Shown here: piece by piece, positions 22,061 to 33,800 of the stretch
How the letters are laid out: each line of letters starts with the position of its first letter
Position numbering within the stretch: the first letter of the stretch is position 1
Assembly (NCBI RefSeq): GCF_021028975.2
Contig: NC_059425.1
Coordinates: forward strand, 28,334,001 to 28,398,000
Length of the DNA stretch: 64,000 nt
Direction: 5' to 3'
Source of the DNA: Sphaerodactylus townsendi
Taxonomy: Eukaryota
Made by a program: the position numbers and the translations under genes
The notes under the pieces: generated by a model
Seen by the model: the letters and a program-made list of their open reading frames with translations, nothing else
What the model was told of the DNA's origin: nothing
Databases searched by the model: none

Positions 22061-23130
22061 CCCTCCTGGGGCGCCGGAGAGTGGGGGCCACGAGGAGGCG
22101 ATCTTCGCACCCCACCCCCGCAAGCCACGGGCAGGTGGAACCGGGCCGTTTCCTGCGTTTCAGAGCGGGACTCTGGCGCCCTCCCATCTGCGCGCAGGAC
22201 GCCAGAAGACCCTCCTGAAGCCGAAGCGCCCCCCTCCCCCTCTCGGGGCATCCAACCCTACCCCCCCCCCCCCCCCGCACACGCAAAGAGGCCCGGGCGC
22301 GTCTCCTGGGGAACGTGCCGCTGTCCGTGGTGCTGGAGTTTGGTCCGTTTGCTCAGCTCGCTCGGGACCATCCGGTCAGCAGGCGCCCTTCTGAACTGCA
22401 GTGCGGGAGGGCATGCCGGGGCAGAGGGCGCACTGGAGGGAGGGGACAAAAGGGGGAAAACTGAGTGTCAGTACTCTGGTGGTCACTTTGTTGGCTCAGG
22501 ACGGACACTTCTGACCGTTTTGCTGTGATGAATAGTGGAGCCCCGAGAGCAGAGCTCCCGCCCTCCCTGTATTGTCCAAAGACAAGGAGCACCTGCAGAC
22601 TCCCCAGATGCAGACTGTTCTCCTCCCCACTCCCCAGATATAAGGGGTATCGTCTGTTGCGTGTATGGATGTGTTTGTATGAGGATGAAGTTTTGAAACC
22701 ATTGCTTTAAGGTCATACTATTTTTGACCACAGGAGGGCAAGTTGAATGCAATGGCAGGCAAGTGCCTCCCTTCTTGCTCCAGTGGGATGTTTCAGTTCC
22801 ACTCCCTGTAGCGGGCTGAGATACGATGAATCACATGAAAGGACATGTGAATCAGCCTTCCCATTCGGTGAAACTGAATGAATAAATGCAGAATGAATAA
22901 ATGCAGAATTGCAGAAAAGCAAACTTCATGCTCAAATAGATATGTTACACTGAATGAAGTGTGTGTGAGTGTGAGTCTGGTGGGATTCTGCTGTTCACCC
23001 CAAAGGAAAGCCTCATAGAAGCGGGTACTTGTTCTTTCAATGAGCATTACCTAGCGCGCTCAAGTGCGGTTGCTGTCCATGGTCCTGAAATGACGCGTTG
23101 GACAAAATGCTTGCCCGTGACCTCTTAGGC

Positions 23131-23570
23131 CAGGGGTAGGGAACCTTTAACACTCAAAGAGCCATTTGGACCCTTTTTCCATGGGAAAAGAAAACACTTG
23201 GAGCCGCAAATAAATATTGACATTTAAAATAAAGATAACACTGTATATATTGGGGTTTTTTACCTTTTACTTCGCTCATTCTGAGAAGCGCATGGATGTG
23301 TCCACCCTGCTGCCTGCAGGGCGGACAAGGATGGGGCCAGCGGCTTGGCTTTGCCGGTTGCCAGGAAAGCACCCCCCCCTGCTCCAATGGGGCGGGCGAG
23401 AGGGGAAGCCCGTGGCGCGGCCCAGCCAGCTGGGCTTGTGGGCAGTTGGTGCGTCCGCCCTGCTGCCTGCAGGGCGGGCAAGGATGAGGCCAGCGGCTCG
23501 GCTTGTGGAGCCGCAGTGCAAGGGCAGAAGAGCCGCATGAGGCTCTTGAGCCGCAGGTTCCCTACCCCTG
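23131..23570. mobile_element. hAT (Charlie-like) MITE
   Basis: Perfect TIR caggggtagggaacct / aggttccctacccctg. Perfect TSD tcttaggc. Internal duplicated GC-rich unit. Confidence 0.92.
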
Positions 23571-24114
23571 TCTTAGGCTCTCCTTTCCCACCTCCACAGA
23601 ACCTTTTTGCTTTTCTGTGATGCTCCCCGCTCAACTGAAATCCCCAGCAAGTAGAGCTCATAACAGCTACCACCAAACTTCAGAGAGCAGAGAGCACATT
23701 TTTGTTGCTTTCAGGGGCAAATGCATCTTGAGGTGGCATGTATTTACATCCATAGCAGTCCAAAATGAAAATCCAAAAGCAGACCACAATTTATGTTGCT
23801 GACATACTTGAGTGGTAGCTATGAAGCATGTTAGCCATGCATATCAGGCAGTTCAAAGGAATGGAAAGTTTCAAAAATTGAAATGGGTCCCACAGCAATA
23901 GAAGTTGCGTATCTGATCCATCACAGAGGGCGTACCAAGTTTCCCCTACAATCAGAGGCACCAAATCGACTAAGTTAAAAGTGTAGAGTTCTCCCTCCAC
24001 CCCAACCAAGAAGTATCCTGTATTAACCGATGAGTAGAAAGGAAAGTCTGAAATCCAAGGAAAGCAAGAGGAAGACTGGATGGGGGAGCGCAAACTCTCC
24101 AGCCAATCTCCAAG

Positions 24115-24315
24115 CCAGCAAAGTGCTGTAAAACTGCAGTAGACAGTTTTACCCTGTAGGTTTTTCAAGGCAAAAGGGGAACAGAGGTGGATTGCCATTG
24201 CCTGCCTCTGAATCACAACCCTGGACTTCCTTGTTGGTCTCTCCTCCAAGTACTAACCAGGGCCAATCCTGCCTAGCTTTCAAGACTTGGCTAGCCCGGG
24301 ACATCCAGGTAAGGG
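24115..24315 (-). mobile_element. 5S rRNA-derived SINE with Sauria/Bov-B-like tail
   Basis: ggtctctc.ccaagtactaaccagggcc..cctgcctagctt is the reverse complement of the 5S internal promoter region. It is joined to ggttttcaaggcaa..tgccattgcc. Confidence 0.6.
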
Positions 24316-24580
24316 TGGAATTCCATATACTTGCAACAAATATGGACAGTGGTTCCTCAGGATGGCTTTAAAGGTCTGTGTTACTAATCAGCACACATTT
24401 CACCTTAGTACAAAGACAATGCATCCCCCCTGCCTCCCAACTCCCTGGCCCAACTGATGAGCATATTGCTGATCTTGACTACTCCAGTTAAGGGGCTGTA
24501 GATTCCGGGCATGCTGAAACCTCTCCAGACACTTGAACCTCGGGATGTGTGCCTGTGCCACATGTGACTAATAAGGGCTC

Positions 24581-24845
24581 ACAGCAGTGGCATAGTGGTT
24601 AAGAGCAGATGTACACTAATCTGGAGGAACCAGGCTTGATTCCCTGCTCTGCCGTCTGCAGAATTCAGATTCGCCTGTACGCTCCAACACATGCCAGCTG
24701 GGTGACCTTGGGCTAGTCACAGTTCTTCTGAGCCCTCTCAGCTCCACCTACCTCACAGGGTGAGAGGGGGGAAGGGAAAGGAGTTTGTAAGCCCCTTTGT
24801 GTCTCCTATAGGAGAAAAAGGGGGGATATAAATCCAACTCTTCTT
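24581..24845 (+). mobile_element. tRNA-derived squamate SINE (Squam-type) with L2-like tail
   Basis: A-box tggcatagtggttaagagc, B-box-like ggcttgattccc, tail gtaagccccttt..aaagggggatataaatccaactcttct. Other copies: 27090-27357(-), 31168-31460(-), 35087-35320(+), 36223-36460(-), 43946-44052(+), 61921-62190(+). Confidence 0.85.
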
Positions 24846-25382
24846 TACCTTAATGCTACAGGTACACTGCAAAAGAATGCCCACTCCCAGCATGCACCCC
24901 ACCTCAATATCTTATGGCAAGCAACTCTGCTCAGGCACACTACACTCCCTTTTCGCCAGCTCTTCCTCCCCAAGGGACGATGGCCTTTCTCGACCATGCT
25001 CTTTCTCCGAGCCCTGCAGTGCTGGCACCAGCTGTAGCCCAATGCCTGGGCCACAAAGCAAACACCAGGCAGCAATTATCTCGCTCCTGGACAAACAGAG
25101 CTCTGGCAGGTTAAGCAGAGGGAGCAGAAAATGATTGGTCAAGAAGCAGCACGGCGGGACTCAGGTCCGTCTTGTCTTGCTGCCTGTGGCCTTTGCCCCA
25201 AGGAAACGAGAAGGGACTCTCCAGGGAGCCAGTCAACACCAGTAGCAGCAAACATGCGTAGGAGTGAATGCAGCTGTTCCACGAATCCTTACTACCTGAT
25301 CTATCAGATCACATGGCCTACAAGCATGTATTCCATGTGGCAAATATAAAGTATGAGAAGGACTGCCAAACTAAATTTTCAG

Positions 25383-25510
25383 TGTATTGTCAAAGGCTTT
25401 CACAGCCAGAATCACTGGGGTGTTGTGACGTTTCCGGGCTGCATGGCCATGTTCCAGTAGCATTTTCTCCTGATGTTTTGCCTGCATCTGTGGCTGGCAT
25501 CTTCAGGGGA
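25383..25510 (-). mobile_element. Penelope-like terminal fragment
   Basis: Minus strand reads ctgaagatgccagccacagatgcaggc..gaaagcctttgacaatac. Confidence 0.7.
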
Positions 25511-25659
25511 TCCTTTCAGTCTCTCCACAGAATGTGATCCTGTTGAAGATGCCCCTGCTGATGGTCTGAGTCTGATAGCTGGCAAATTCCCACCATTCTC
25601 TTTCTGCTTTGGTTTATCATATATTGCCTGCCGGGGGCACAGAACTTAACAACATAGGG

Positions 25660-26067
25660 CAGTGATGGCGAACCTTTTCAAGACCGAGTGCCCTAATTAC
25701 AACCCAAAACCCACTTATTTATCGCAAAGTGCCAACATGGCAATTTAATCTGAATACTGAGGTTTTAGTTTAGAAAAAACAGTTAGCTCCGAGGCGCATG
25801 TTACTCGGGAGTAAGCTTGGTGAAGCAACCGTACAATGCTTCGAATGGATGAATCACAACCCTAGGGGGGTTTACTCAGAAGCAAGCCCCGTTGCCAGCA
25901 ACCAAGCTTACTCCCAGGTAAAGGATCATGACCAGGCCAGCCTAGGATTGTGTGTGGGGGGATGATTTTCCACCCCCCCCCCACATGATGAAGTCTGTGC
26001 ATGAGTTCCCACAGAAAGGGCTCTGAGTGCCACCTCTGGCACCTGTGCCATAGGTTCGCCACCACTG
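25660..26067. mobile_element. hAT1-like MITE
   Basis: TIR cagtgatggcgaacct / aggttcgccaccactg. TSD acataggg / atataggg (one mismatch). Confidence 0.88.
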
Positions 26068-26483
26068 ATATAGGGGTATGCTCGATAACCCCCCAAAGGA
26101 GATCAGCTGTTTCTGAAGCTGCAGTGCTGGTCTGGAGCAATTCAGAGACCATCTATCCTAACTCCTGAGAGAACCTGCCCTCACATGTACATTTGCTTCA
26201 GCGTCAGCACACCAAGAGTTGGGAGAAACCCAAAGGCATGTAACGCACACACACAACATTGATCACAGCTGGTATAGTTTAGACAATAAGCTAGTTGGTA
26301 AGTACATGAGAAGACCCTCCTGCTGGATCAGTGTACAGGCCCATTCAATCCAGCATCTGCTTTCCAACAGCACATTACGGAGGCTACAGCAGTTCTGCAG
26401 AGGTATACTACCTCTGGACATGAAAGTTCCATCCAGCTTTTTGGATATATTGGTTTAGAGTTCTCCCAGTCACGGAATCATGA

Positions 26484-26896
26484 TGTTGAGTGCAGTAAAA
26501 ATCAGTCTTCCAAAGAAGTAAATTGCAAAAGGTAAAACTTACATTTATTCAAGTAGATTTGGTTCACATTCTTGTTGCAGTTGAAAGAAAGATAGAGATC
26601 CTAATCCACTTCCCTATACAAGCGGCCAGTTATTCAAGCAACGCGTGAGTGCAAGTACAGAATATTTGCTTCTACAGAAGAGACCTGTGGAAGAGACTGA
26701 CTCCATGCAGGTCCATGTGGAAAGTGAGGCAAAGAACAACGGCTATTGAGAGAGGAGGGGGGGAGGTCAGAGGGCAGCTCCCAGGTACAGACAAAAAGAG
26801 GACATTCCACCAATAGATAACACTTAAACACACAGAGAGAGATAGCACCTCCCTCCCCGCAATGTCCAGGCATGCTGAATTGCTCTCACTCCAACA
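26484..26896 (-). mobile_element. Probable solo LTR (copia-like)
   Basis: Minus strand starts TGTTGGAGTG and ends CACTCAACA, with AATAAA about 60 nt before the end. No clean TSD. Confidence 0.6.
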
Positions 26897-27870
26897 CAGC
26901 TATCATGCCTAACTGAACCCTCCCATCATCTCTTCTGAAATCCATCCAAGACAGTGATTCTCACCACATGGCATTGCAACTGATTCATTCATTAAACAAA
27001 CAGGTCTTAAAAACACAGAGCAGACCCATGGATGTAACCTCTCAAATCAGTTTCTACTTCTCCCTATGAATGCAAAACAAATATAGAAGCGTTTGGATTT
27101 ATAATCTGTCTTTCTCTCCTGAAAGGAGTCTCAAAGCAGCTTACAAACTACTTTTCCCTTCCTCTCCACAACAGACTATTTATTTGTGAGGTAGGTGAGG
27201 CTGAGTGAGTTCTGAGAGAACTGTCACCCAGCAGGCTTCATGTATAGGAGTAGGGAAACAGATCCAGTTCACCAGATAAGAGTCCACTGCTCACCTGGAG
27301 GAATGAGGAATCAAACCTGGTTCTCCAGATTAGAGTCCACCACTATTTACCACGACACCCTCTGGAAATTACCAACAGAAGTTGGGTACTGGCAAGGCTT
27401 TGGGCTCCATGTTTGCAGTGCCTTAATGTTTCTTTTCCAAAAAGATTTCTGCTGCAAATGCAATAGCAATTTTCTGAATGCCTATAGCACTATTCAGGTC
27501 TTTAGCACCACGGGAAGTGGATCTGTTTCCTTCCTGTAGTGTCCAACAGTTAGCCTGTGACTCCACTCCTCCTGGGGTTGAGGAGTATCTTCACTCTGGC
27601 TCATGATGGCACAGTTATGTGCACAGGCAAGCCCTCATAATCGTGGTTTGGGGCAGTCTCCACTTGTTTGGGGTCGAAGGGACTAAACAGGGGTTGTGTG
27701 ACTGAGGGTTGCCAAGGCAGAATACTCTGCTGTGTGCATCAGGCAACTTCCTGGGTGAAAAACAAGAGTCTAAGGGAGCAAGTGCTGGATGAGGCACCAG
27801 GAAGGAGGGAAGAAGCGGGCACTGCATGAGCTGGTGACCAGAACAGCCTCTGCGTCTTCATGCAGCTAAG

Positions 27871-30800
27871 TCACAGTTGATTAGTCTTCCAGGAGAGGTA
27901 GGAGTTGAAGAGGATGGCCACACACTGAACCACAGCCAGCCTGCGGAAAGAGAAAGAGGGAAGGGGGTAGGGGCTCAGGCAGACAAGACTGATGGCAAAC
28001 TGGCAGGGGGCTGGCACTTAGGTGCCAAGATTGGTTTGGAGGGGGGAGCACCACAATGTACCCTGGAAACATCACCACCCAGGTGCAGTGGCATATCTAC
28101 CAGAGAGACATGGGGGGGTGTCAATCAACCCTGGGCGCCACCCATTAGATCATGTGGGGGTGCAAAATGGCCCCCCATACCCTTCCCATGGAGAGGCACC
28201 CCCGCCTGGGCCAGGAGCCTGCCGTGGGCCTGCCAGGTGGCCCCTCGGCCCGGCCCGGCCGCCCAGGACTGCCACCGCCCTCCTCCGCCGGCTGAGCTAA
28301 GTGTGGTACAGGAGGGGGTTTGACCAGGTGTTGCCCCAGTGGGCCATTTGCTCCTGGTACACCTCTGCCCAGGGGGCTTCACATCCACAACTGCAGACAG
28401 GGAGAGGCTAGAGTTGATGGTCATGCAGGGAGAGTAGTTTTCACCTGTAGTTCAAGGGGACGAAGTAGAAGTTGACAACTTGCACAGCTGGCCAGATCTG
28501 AAAGACACATAGCCTGGTTGGTGGAAAGAGCACACAGACCCCCCAAAAGATCCTGTCCTTCCTGCGTGTCCTGTTCAATGAGGAACTGCTTGGAAATAGC
28601 CACAGCAGGTGCAGCTGCAGCTGCAGACAGACAGAGAGGCAGCCCAACTGCTGATCCCTGACCAGCAAAACGAGGCCAACCTGTCCAACTGTGCTTTTCC
28701 ACCACTGCCGTTATCACGACCTCCTGAGAACACAAAGCTGCATTTTATTCAATCAGATCTTTGGGTTATCAGAAAATCTGCTCTGATTGACCGTAGGTCT
28801 CCAGGGTCTCAGCAGAGAGCTTTTATATTACCTACTACTTGGTGCTTTTTTAACTGGAGATGCCAGGGATTGCTTGGGACTTTCTCCATGCAAAGCCACT
28901 GTTACACACTTGAAATCATTAAGTTTCCTCATAGTGAGTTTGCATCAGATTCAGCATAGTGTATTCTGGCAGTGGCTCTGCAGGGTCTTTCACATCACCT
29001 GCTCCACGGTCTGTTAAATTGGAGATGCCAGACGGGGACTGGACAGGGGACCTTCTGGATGAAAAGCAAATTCTCCACCATGGAGTCACAGCCATGCCAG
29101 CCCACGTTTGAGCCGGGCAATTCTGTCCAACATAGCACGGAATAACATTTGCACCCAGATGCAGCCCCAAGCCCAAGGCCCATCAAGCAGGCAGGAGAGC
29201 TACTCACATAGTAGTTGGTGATCAAGGTGTCTTTGTAGTCCTGTAAGAAAGCAGCAGAAAGGGATCAGAGGGCTTTACTTGGAGATGCAGTGGTTCTCTA
29301 CCATTCCACCAGCCGCCTACCTATTGATGCAGAGCCTGGCCTTATCTTGGAAAACTCCATGGAAAACAAGAGCAGGTCTTTCCTGGGCAGCTGTTGCAGA
29401 GTCAGCTCTGCAATACATCTCTGAGCATCATACATGGCTGTCTACCACCCTGCAGTTTTATCCTCACAGCTCTGCAAGGCACATTCCACTGACAGAGAAA
29501 GGGTGACTGGGCCAACAAAACCCAATCAGCTTCCTAGTAGAGTGCGGACTTGGCAGGGGCTGATGGGAATTGTAGTCCATGAACATCTGGAATGCCATGG
29601 GTTGGCCACCCCATAATATTCTACACAGCCTCTCCCAAAGCTTTTCTTTTGCTCCCTGCATTGCTTGTTNNNNNNNNNNNNNNNNNNNNNNNNNNNNNNN
29701 NNNNNNNNNNNNNNNNNNNNNNNNNNNNNNNNNNNNNNNNNNNNNNNNNNNNNNNNNNNNNNNNNNNNNNNNNNNNNNNNNNNNNNNNNNNNNNNNNNNN
29801 NNNNNNNNNNNNNNNNNNNNNNNNNNNNNNNNNNNNNNNNNNNNNNNNNNNNNNNNNNNNNNNNNNNNNNNNNNNNNNNNNNNNNNNNNNNNNNNNNNNN
29901 NNNNNNNNNNNNNNNNNNNNNNNNNNNNNNNNNNNNNNNNNNNNNNNNNNNNNNNNNNNNNTGTCCCCTTTTCTAGAGAAAAAGAATATCCTGATTCCTT
30001 TAGTCTTTCTAGACAGGATTTCACATCTTCAGCATCGTCCTCCTCTGACTACTTTCTGGAGAGTAGGGCGGGGTGGGAAACAATCAACACCGCTGTGGGC
30101 CATCCTCCTAACCTCTCAGGCCCCACTCCTGCCAGTCCCATCGTTGCAGATATCGGTCCTTTGCCAAGCTGGACAATGGGGAAAATGTACCAGAATCCAA
30201 CTCACTGCCAGCCAACTGATGAAGGGCCCCCGCTGATGCAACAGTCAGGGGAGGGGCTTCCCCTTTGCAGGCTGGCATAGCACAGGCAAGCTGTAGCTTT
30301 AGGGGACAGTTTAATAGGAAATTTTAGAGGAAGGCTATTTACATCCTGGCAGAGATGCCCCATGTCCCAGCCGAAGACTCTCAAAGATAAACACAGCACC
30401 TGGCAGGGGGCCTGAACTGCAAGGCCTGGCAAAGACCCAATTTGGCGCAAAAGGCAGCAGACACAATGCGTGATGTGTGAGAGACAAAGGAAAGTTTTGG
30501 CTATTTAGGGATGGCTGAATGCAGACTCCAAGCGTATTGGGGGGGGGGGGGGAGGGAGATATGAATCTGTCAGGGAATCATGACTGCAGCAGTTCTCATC
30601 ACAGCTGCAACCACCGTCCACCCCCAGCATCCCATCAGCCTTATTTACGTTAAAAGGTACGTTTTGTCTCTCTATTATAACAACGAGCTTTCAAGGTTTA
30701 CAGTTAAAAAACAAACCTGAGTCTTGTGGTATCTTACAGACTCCATCAAAAGTTTTGGTGGACTAAAGTCCATTTTTCTAGATGCCATGGGTAGGTTTTC

Positions 30801-33800
30801 ACTGTACTATCATTTTATATTGGGGTACAAAAGACGCCAAACAAAAAGCAGCATTGGTGAGTCAAGAAATCCAGCACTGAACAGCACTGAGGTAGAAATG
30901 AATTTTTATCAAGGAAAATAGCTAAGCTAAGCTAGTTAACTACTGCAGTGGATTGTTGGTGTTCCAGGTTTTGCTAAGAGAGTTGACATTTCTTACAAGT
31001 AAAACATTCCAAATCTTTATTCAAGCTGTGTGGGGAAGCGGGGGGGGGGGGGGGCTTTATTAAAAAAAAGTTGTAAAACCCATCAACAATACAAACACAC
31101 ATAAAGTCTACAACAGTAAATGCCAGCAACTATTAAAAGGTCATGACGCCAGAGTACCACTCTAAGGAAAAGGAGAGTTTGGATTTATACCCTGCCTTTC
31201 TCTCCTGTAAGGAGACTCAAGACGGCTTACAAACTCCTTTCCCCCCTTCTCCCCACAACAGATACCTTATGAGGCAGGTGGGGCTGAGAGAGAGTTCAGA
31301 GGAAACTGTGACTAGCCCAAGATCACCCAGCAAAAATGTAGCGCAGGGAAACAAATCTGGTTCATCAGATAAGAGTCCACTGTTCATGTGGAGGAGTGGG
31401 GAATCAAATCCTGTTCTCTAGATTAGAGTCTACCAGCTCTTAACCACTACTTCCACACTGGAAGGAAGACTGAGACAAATTTCGTCACATTAAAGAGGTC
31501 CAATTTATGAATAAAGTCGTATCACATCAACCACAGGAAACCTAACTTTCCCTATCCCAGCTCTGGTCAAAAGACCAAGTGTCTGTTTAAAGCAAAGTCA
31601 AGCCAGAAGAAAATGGGGCATATGTTTTCTTGTTCAAGTCTGGTTGCATTACTGAGGGATGAGTCCTTTAAGAGGGTGCAGACTTGACTGAACACTGCAT
31701 GTTTCTGTTGAAAGTTGGCATGACTGTCAACCTTGATTCAATGTTCAAGTAGGGAAACGGGCTGACTTTAGTGTGGGACAAGGTTGGACCTCCAGCCTCC
31801 TCTGATGTCCATCTACAATGTCCCAGTCAGACATCACAGGACCATTACCTTTTCAAGAGCCCCTCCTGTTTTCCAATCCTCTTCTCCTGCAGGGTCTCCT
31901 AGACTGATTCTGGCTAGGAATTGGAAGGACAGGAGGGTGTTTTTAGAACTTGCCTCGGGAACCCTATTAAATACACAGATCCCAGGTAAATGGGTCTCCC
32001 AAACTTTATCTCCTTGGTACATGAAAATGGAATCGACTTTGTGGGGGCTCAGAAAAAAAAAAGACGAGGCGACACCAGCATTAACTTTCTGACTGACTCA
32101 GCAGCGTTATGAGGATACAGGAGCTTTTTTGGGTTTGGGTCCCAGATCACCCGTCCCGTTCGCTGATGACACCCTGCTCCCAAACTCCTTTGAACCAGAG
32201 CTCTTTGAAATTTACCCTCTCCTGACTCATCTCTGGTTAGCAAACAAGTGGTTTTTAGTCTGTGCGGAGACGAGAGGGTTCTATGCTGGACAGGGGGGGA
32301 AAAAAACCAGAAAACATATTGCTAAGACATCACACTGTTATTGTATCATGACTGTGCGTGTCAAACCAACTGGCCCCTGAGCCAAGCTTTGGCTGAGTGA
32401 CTCAGAGGACATCAATGCGGGAAAGGAGGAGAGGGCAGCTCCCCGGCACTGCTGGAAGCAGGAGACAACAGGCAAGACAGCAAGGCTCCTAGAAGGGAGG
32501 TTTAGGGAAATAGCAGATGCCCAGGGAGGTCCTAGTCAACAGCATGGCCCTCCTTTGGTTGGATCTCCCTTTGGCAGAAAGGGCCCAGCACTACCAAGAC
32601 CTCAGCTCCAGGCAAACCAATTCAAGCAGGGTGTTTGAGAGAAGCCTTAAGGATGCCTGAGGAGACAAACCCTATGAAAACAAGCAGAAGGGGTAAAGGC
32701 GTTTTTGGCAGGGTGTAATTTTCAGCTACTGAAGGGGGCGGGTGAAAAGAGTGACTGTTCATCCCTGGCCACAGAAGACAGGAAAGAGCTGCGTTTCGGA
32801 AAAAAGCAGCTCACACTTCAGTCTTGGGGCAAAGTGCCTGGGAAATTATGGTACCTTTTGCAAGAGAGTTGCATCCTCTGGCCCACCACACCTGTGGCTG
32901 CCAGCTCACCTGCACACTGATTCAGCTGCTTGCAAAGGTTCCAGGAGCGTCTCCCCACCCCAATAGGGGACTTGTGAGCCAATGGCAGAGAGCCAGGGCT
33001 GGCACTGCCTCCAAAGGGCACTGCAGAGATGAGTCGAGGACCTGCCTGATCCTACCCACTTCCTCCATACACACCCTTGGTTCCATCCCTTTCTGTCTGT
33101 TGTTTTCCACTTGTCAGACAACACCAGCCAATCCAGTCTCTTCCACCAGCATCATCCCTACTGCTTCATAATATGCTACTGTTCCTCCCCATTTCCCAGA
33201 GGTTGTCTCCGGGGGTCATATCCCCCCGATATGCCTCTGCATGTATATCGCACAAATTAACAATAGCTATTTTCTTTATTGCAGAAAAGGGCTCACAGTG
33301 GATGTGGAATATTTCTGGGAGAACCATTTGAGGTGGTCAGTCATGAACTGTCTTCCAAAGTGACTTGTGTGAGACAACGATGAACTTGCCAGATGGTTTG
33401 GGGTCCAGGGACATGGCATCCCCCTTGCAGCCCAACCACATCTTCCCTGGGGCATCCCCTGAGCTGGCTCACCCGTTTGATCTTGCTCCAGTTGTCTTCC
33501 ACGGACAAGCCGTTGAGCGTCCCCACCACAGCCAGGAAACAGCCGAGGAAGCAGGGAGCAAACCCGCCCTGGAGGAGAAAGGAAGTTCAGAGTCGAGGAG
33601 GGAAGCCAGGGATGCCTGTGGCCAAGAGCAAGCTGAGCAGAAGGTTCTGAAACAGAGACCAGGAATGCCTGGGAAGGGTTAGAGTTCTCCTAAAAAGAAG
33701 ACGAGACGAGCATCAGGCCTCTCACATTTGCTACACAGAGAAGTTTGCTATACAGACCCACAGCAAAATTTGGGGCGGCAGCAGGGAAGAGACCCTGAGC

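Noticed and set aside
21702-22286. 194-aa and 126-aa minus-strand ORFs as possible UCN precursor
   Set aside because: They start upstream of the TATA box at non-ATG codons and have no signal peptide or CRF-family motif; typical CpG-island ORFs.
24581-24650. tRNA gene (also about 61925-61995) and 5S rRNA gene (about 24235-24315, about 45305-45340)
   Set aside because: These are SINE heads that continue into SINE bodies; no complete cloverleaf or full-length 5S.
28125-28424. 99-aa ORF or extra exon in the last MPV17 intron
   Set aside because: Mostly inside a hAT MITE with a TSD, and the implied intron would be only about 54 nt.
29464-30280. Long ORFs in the track (also 1177-1518 and 21396-21806)
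   Set aside because: Artefacts of translating through N-gaps.
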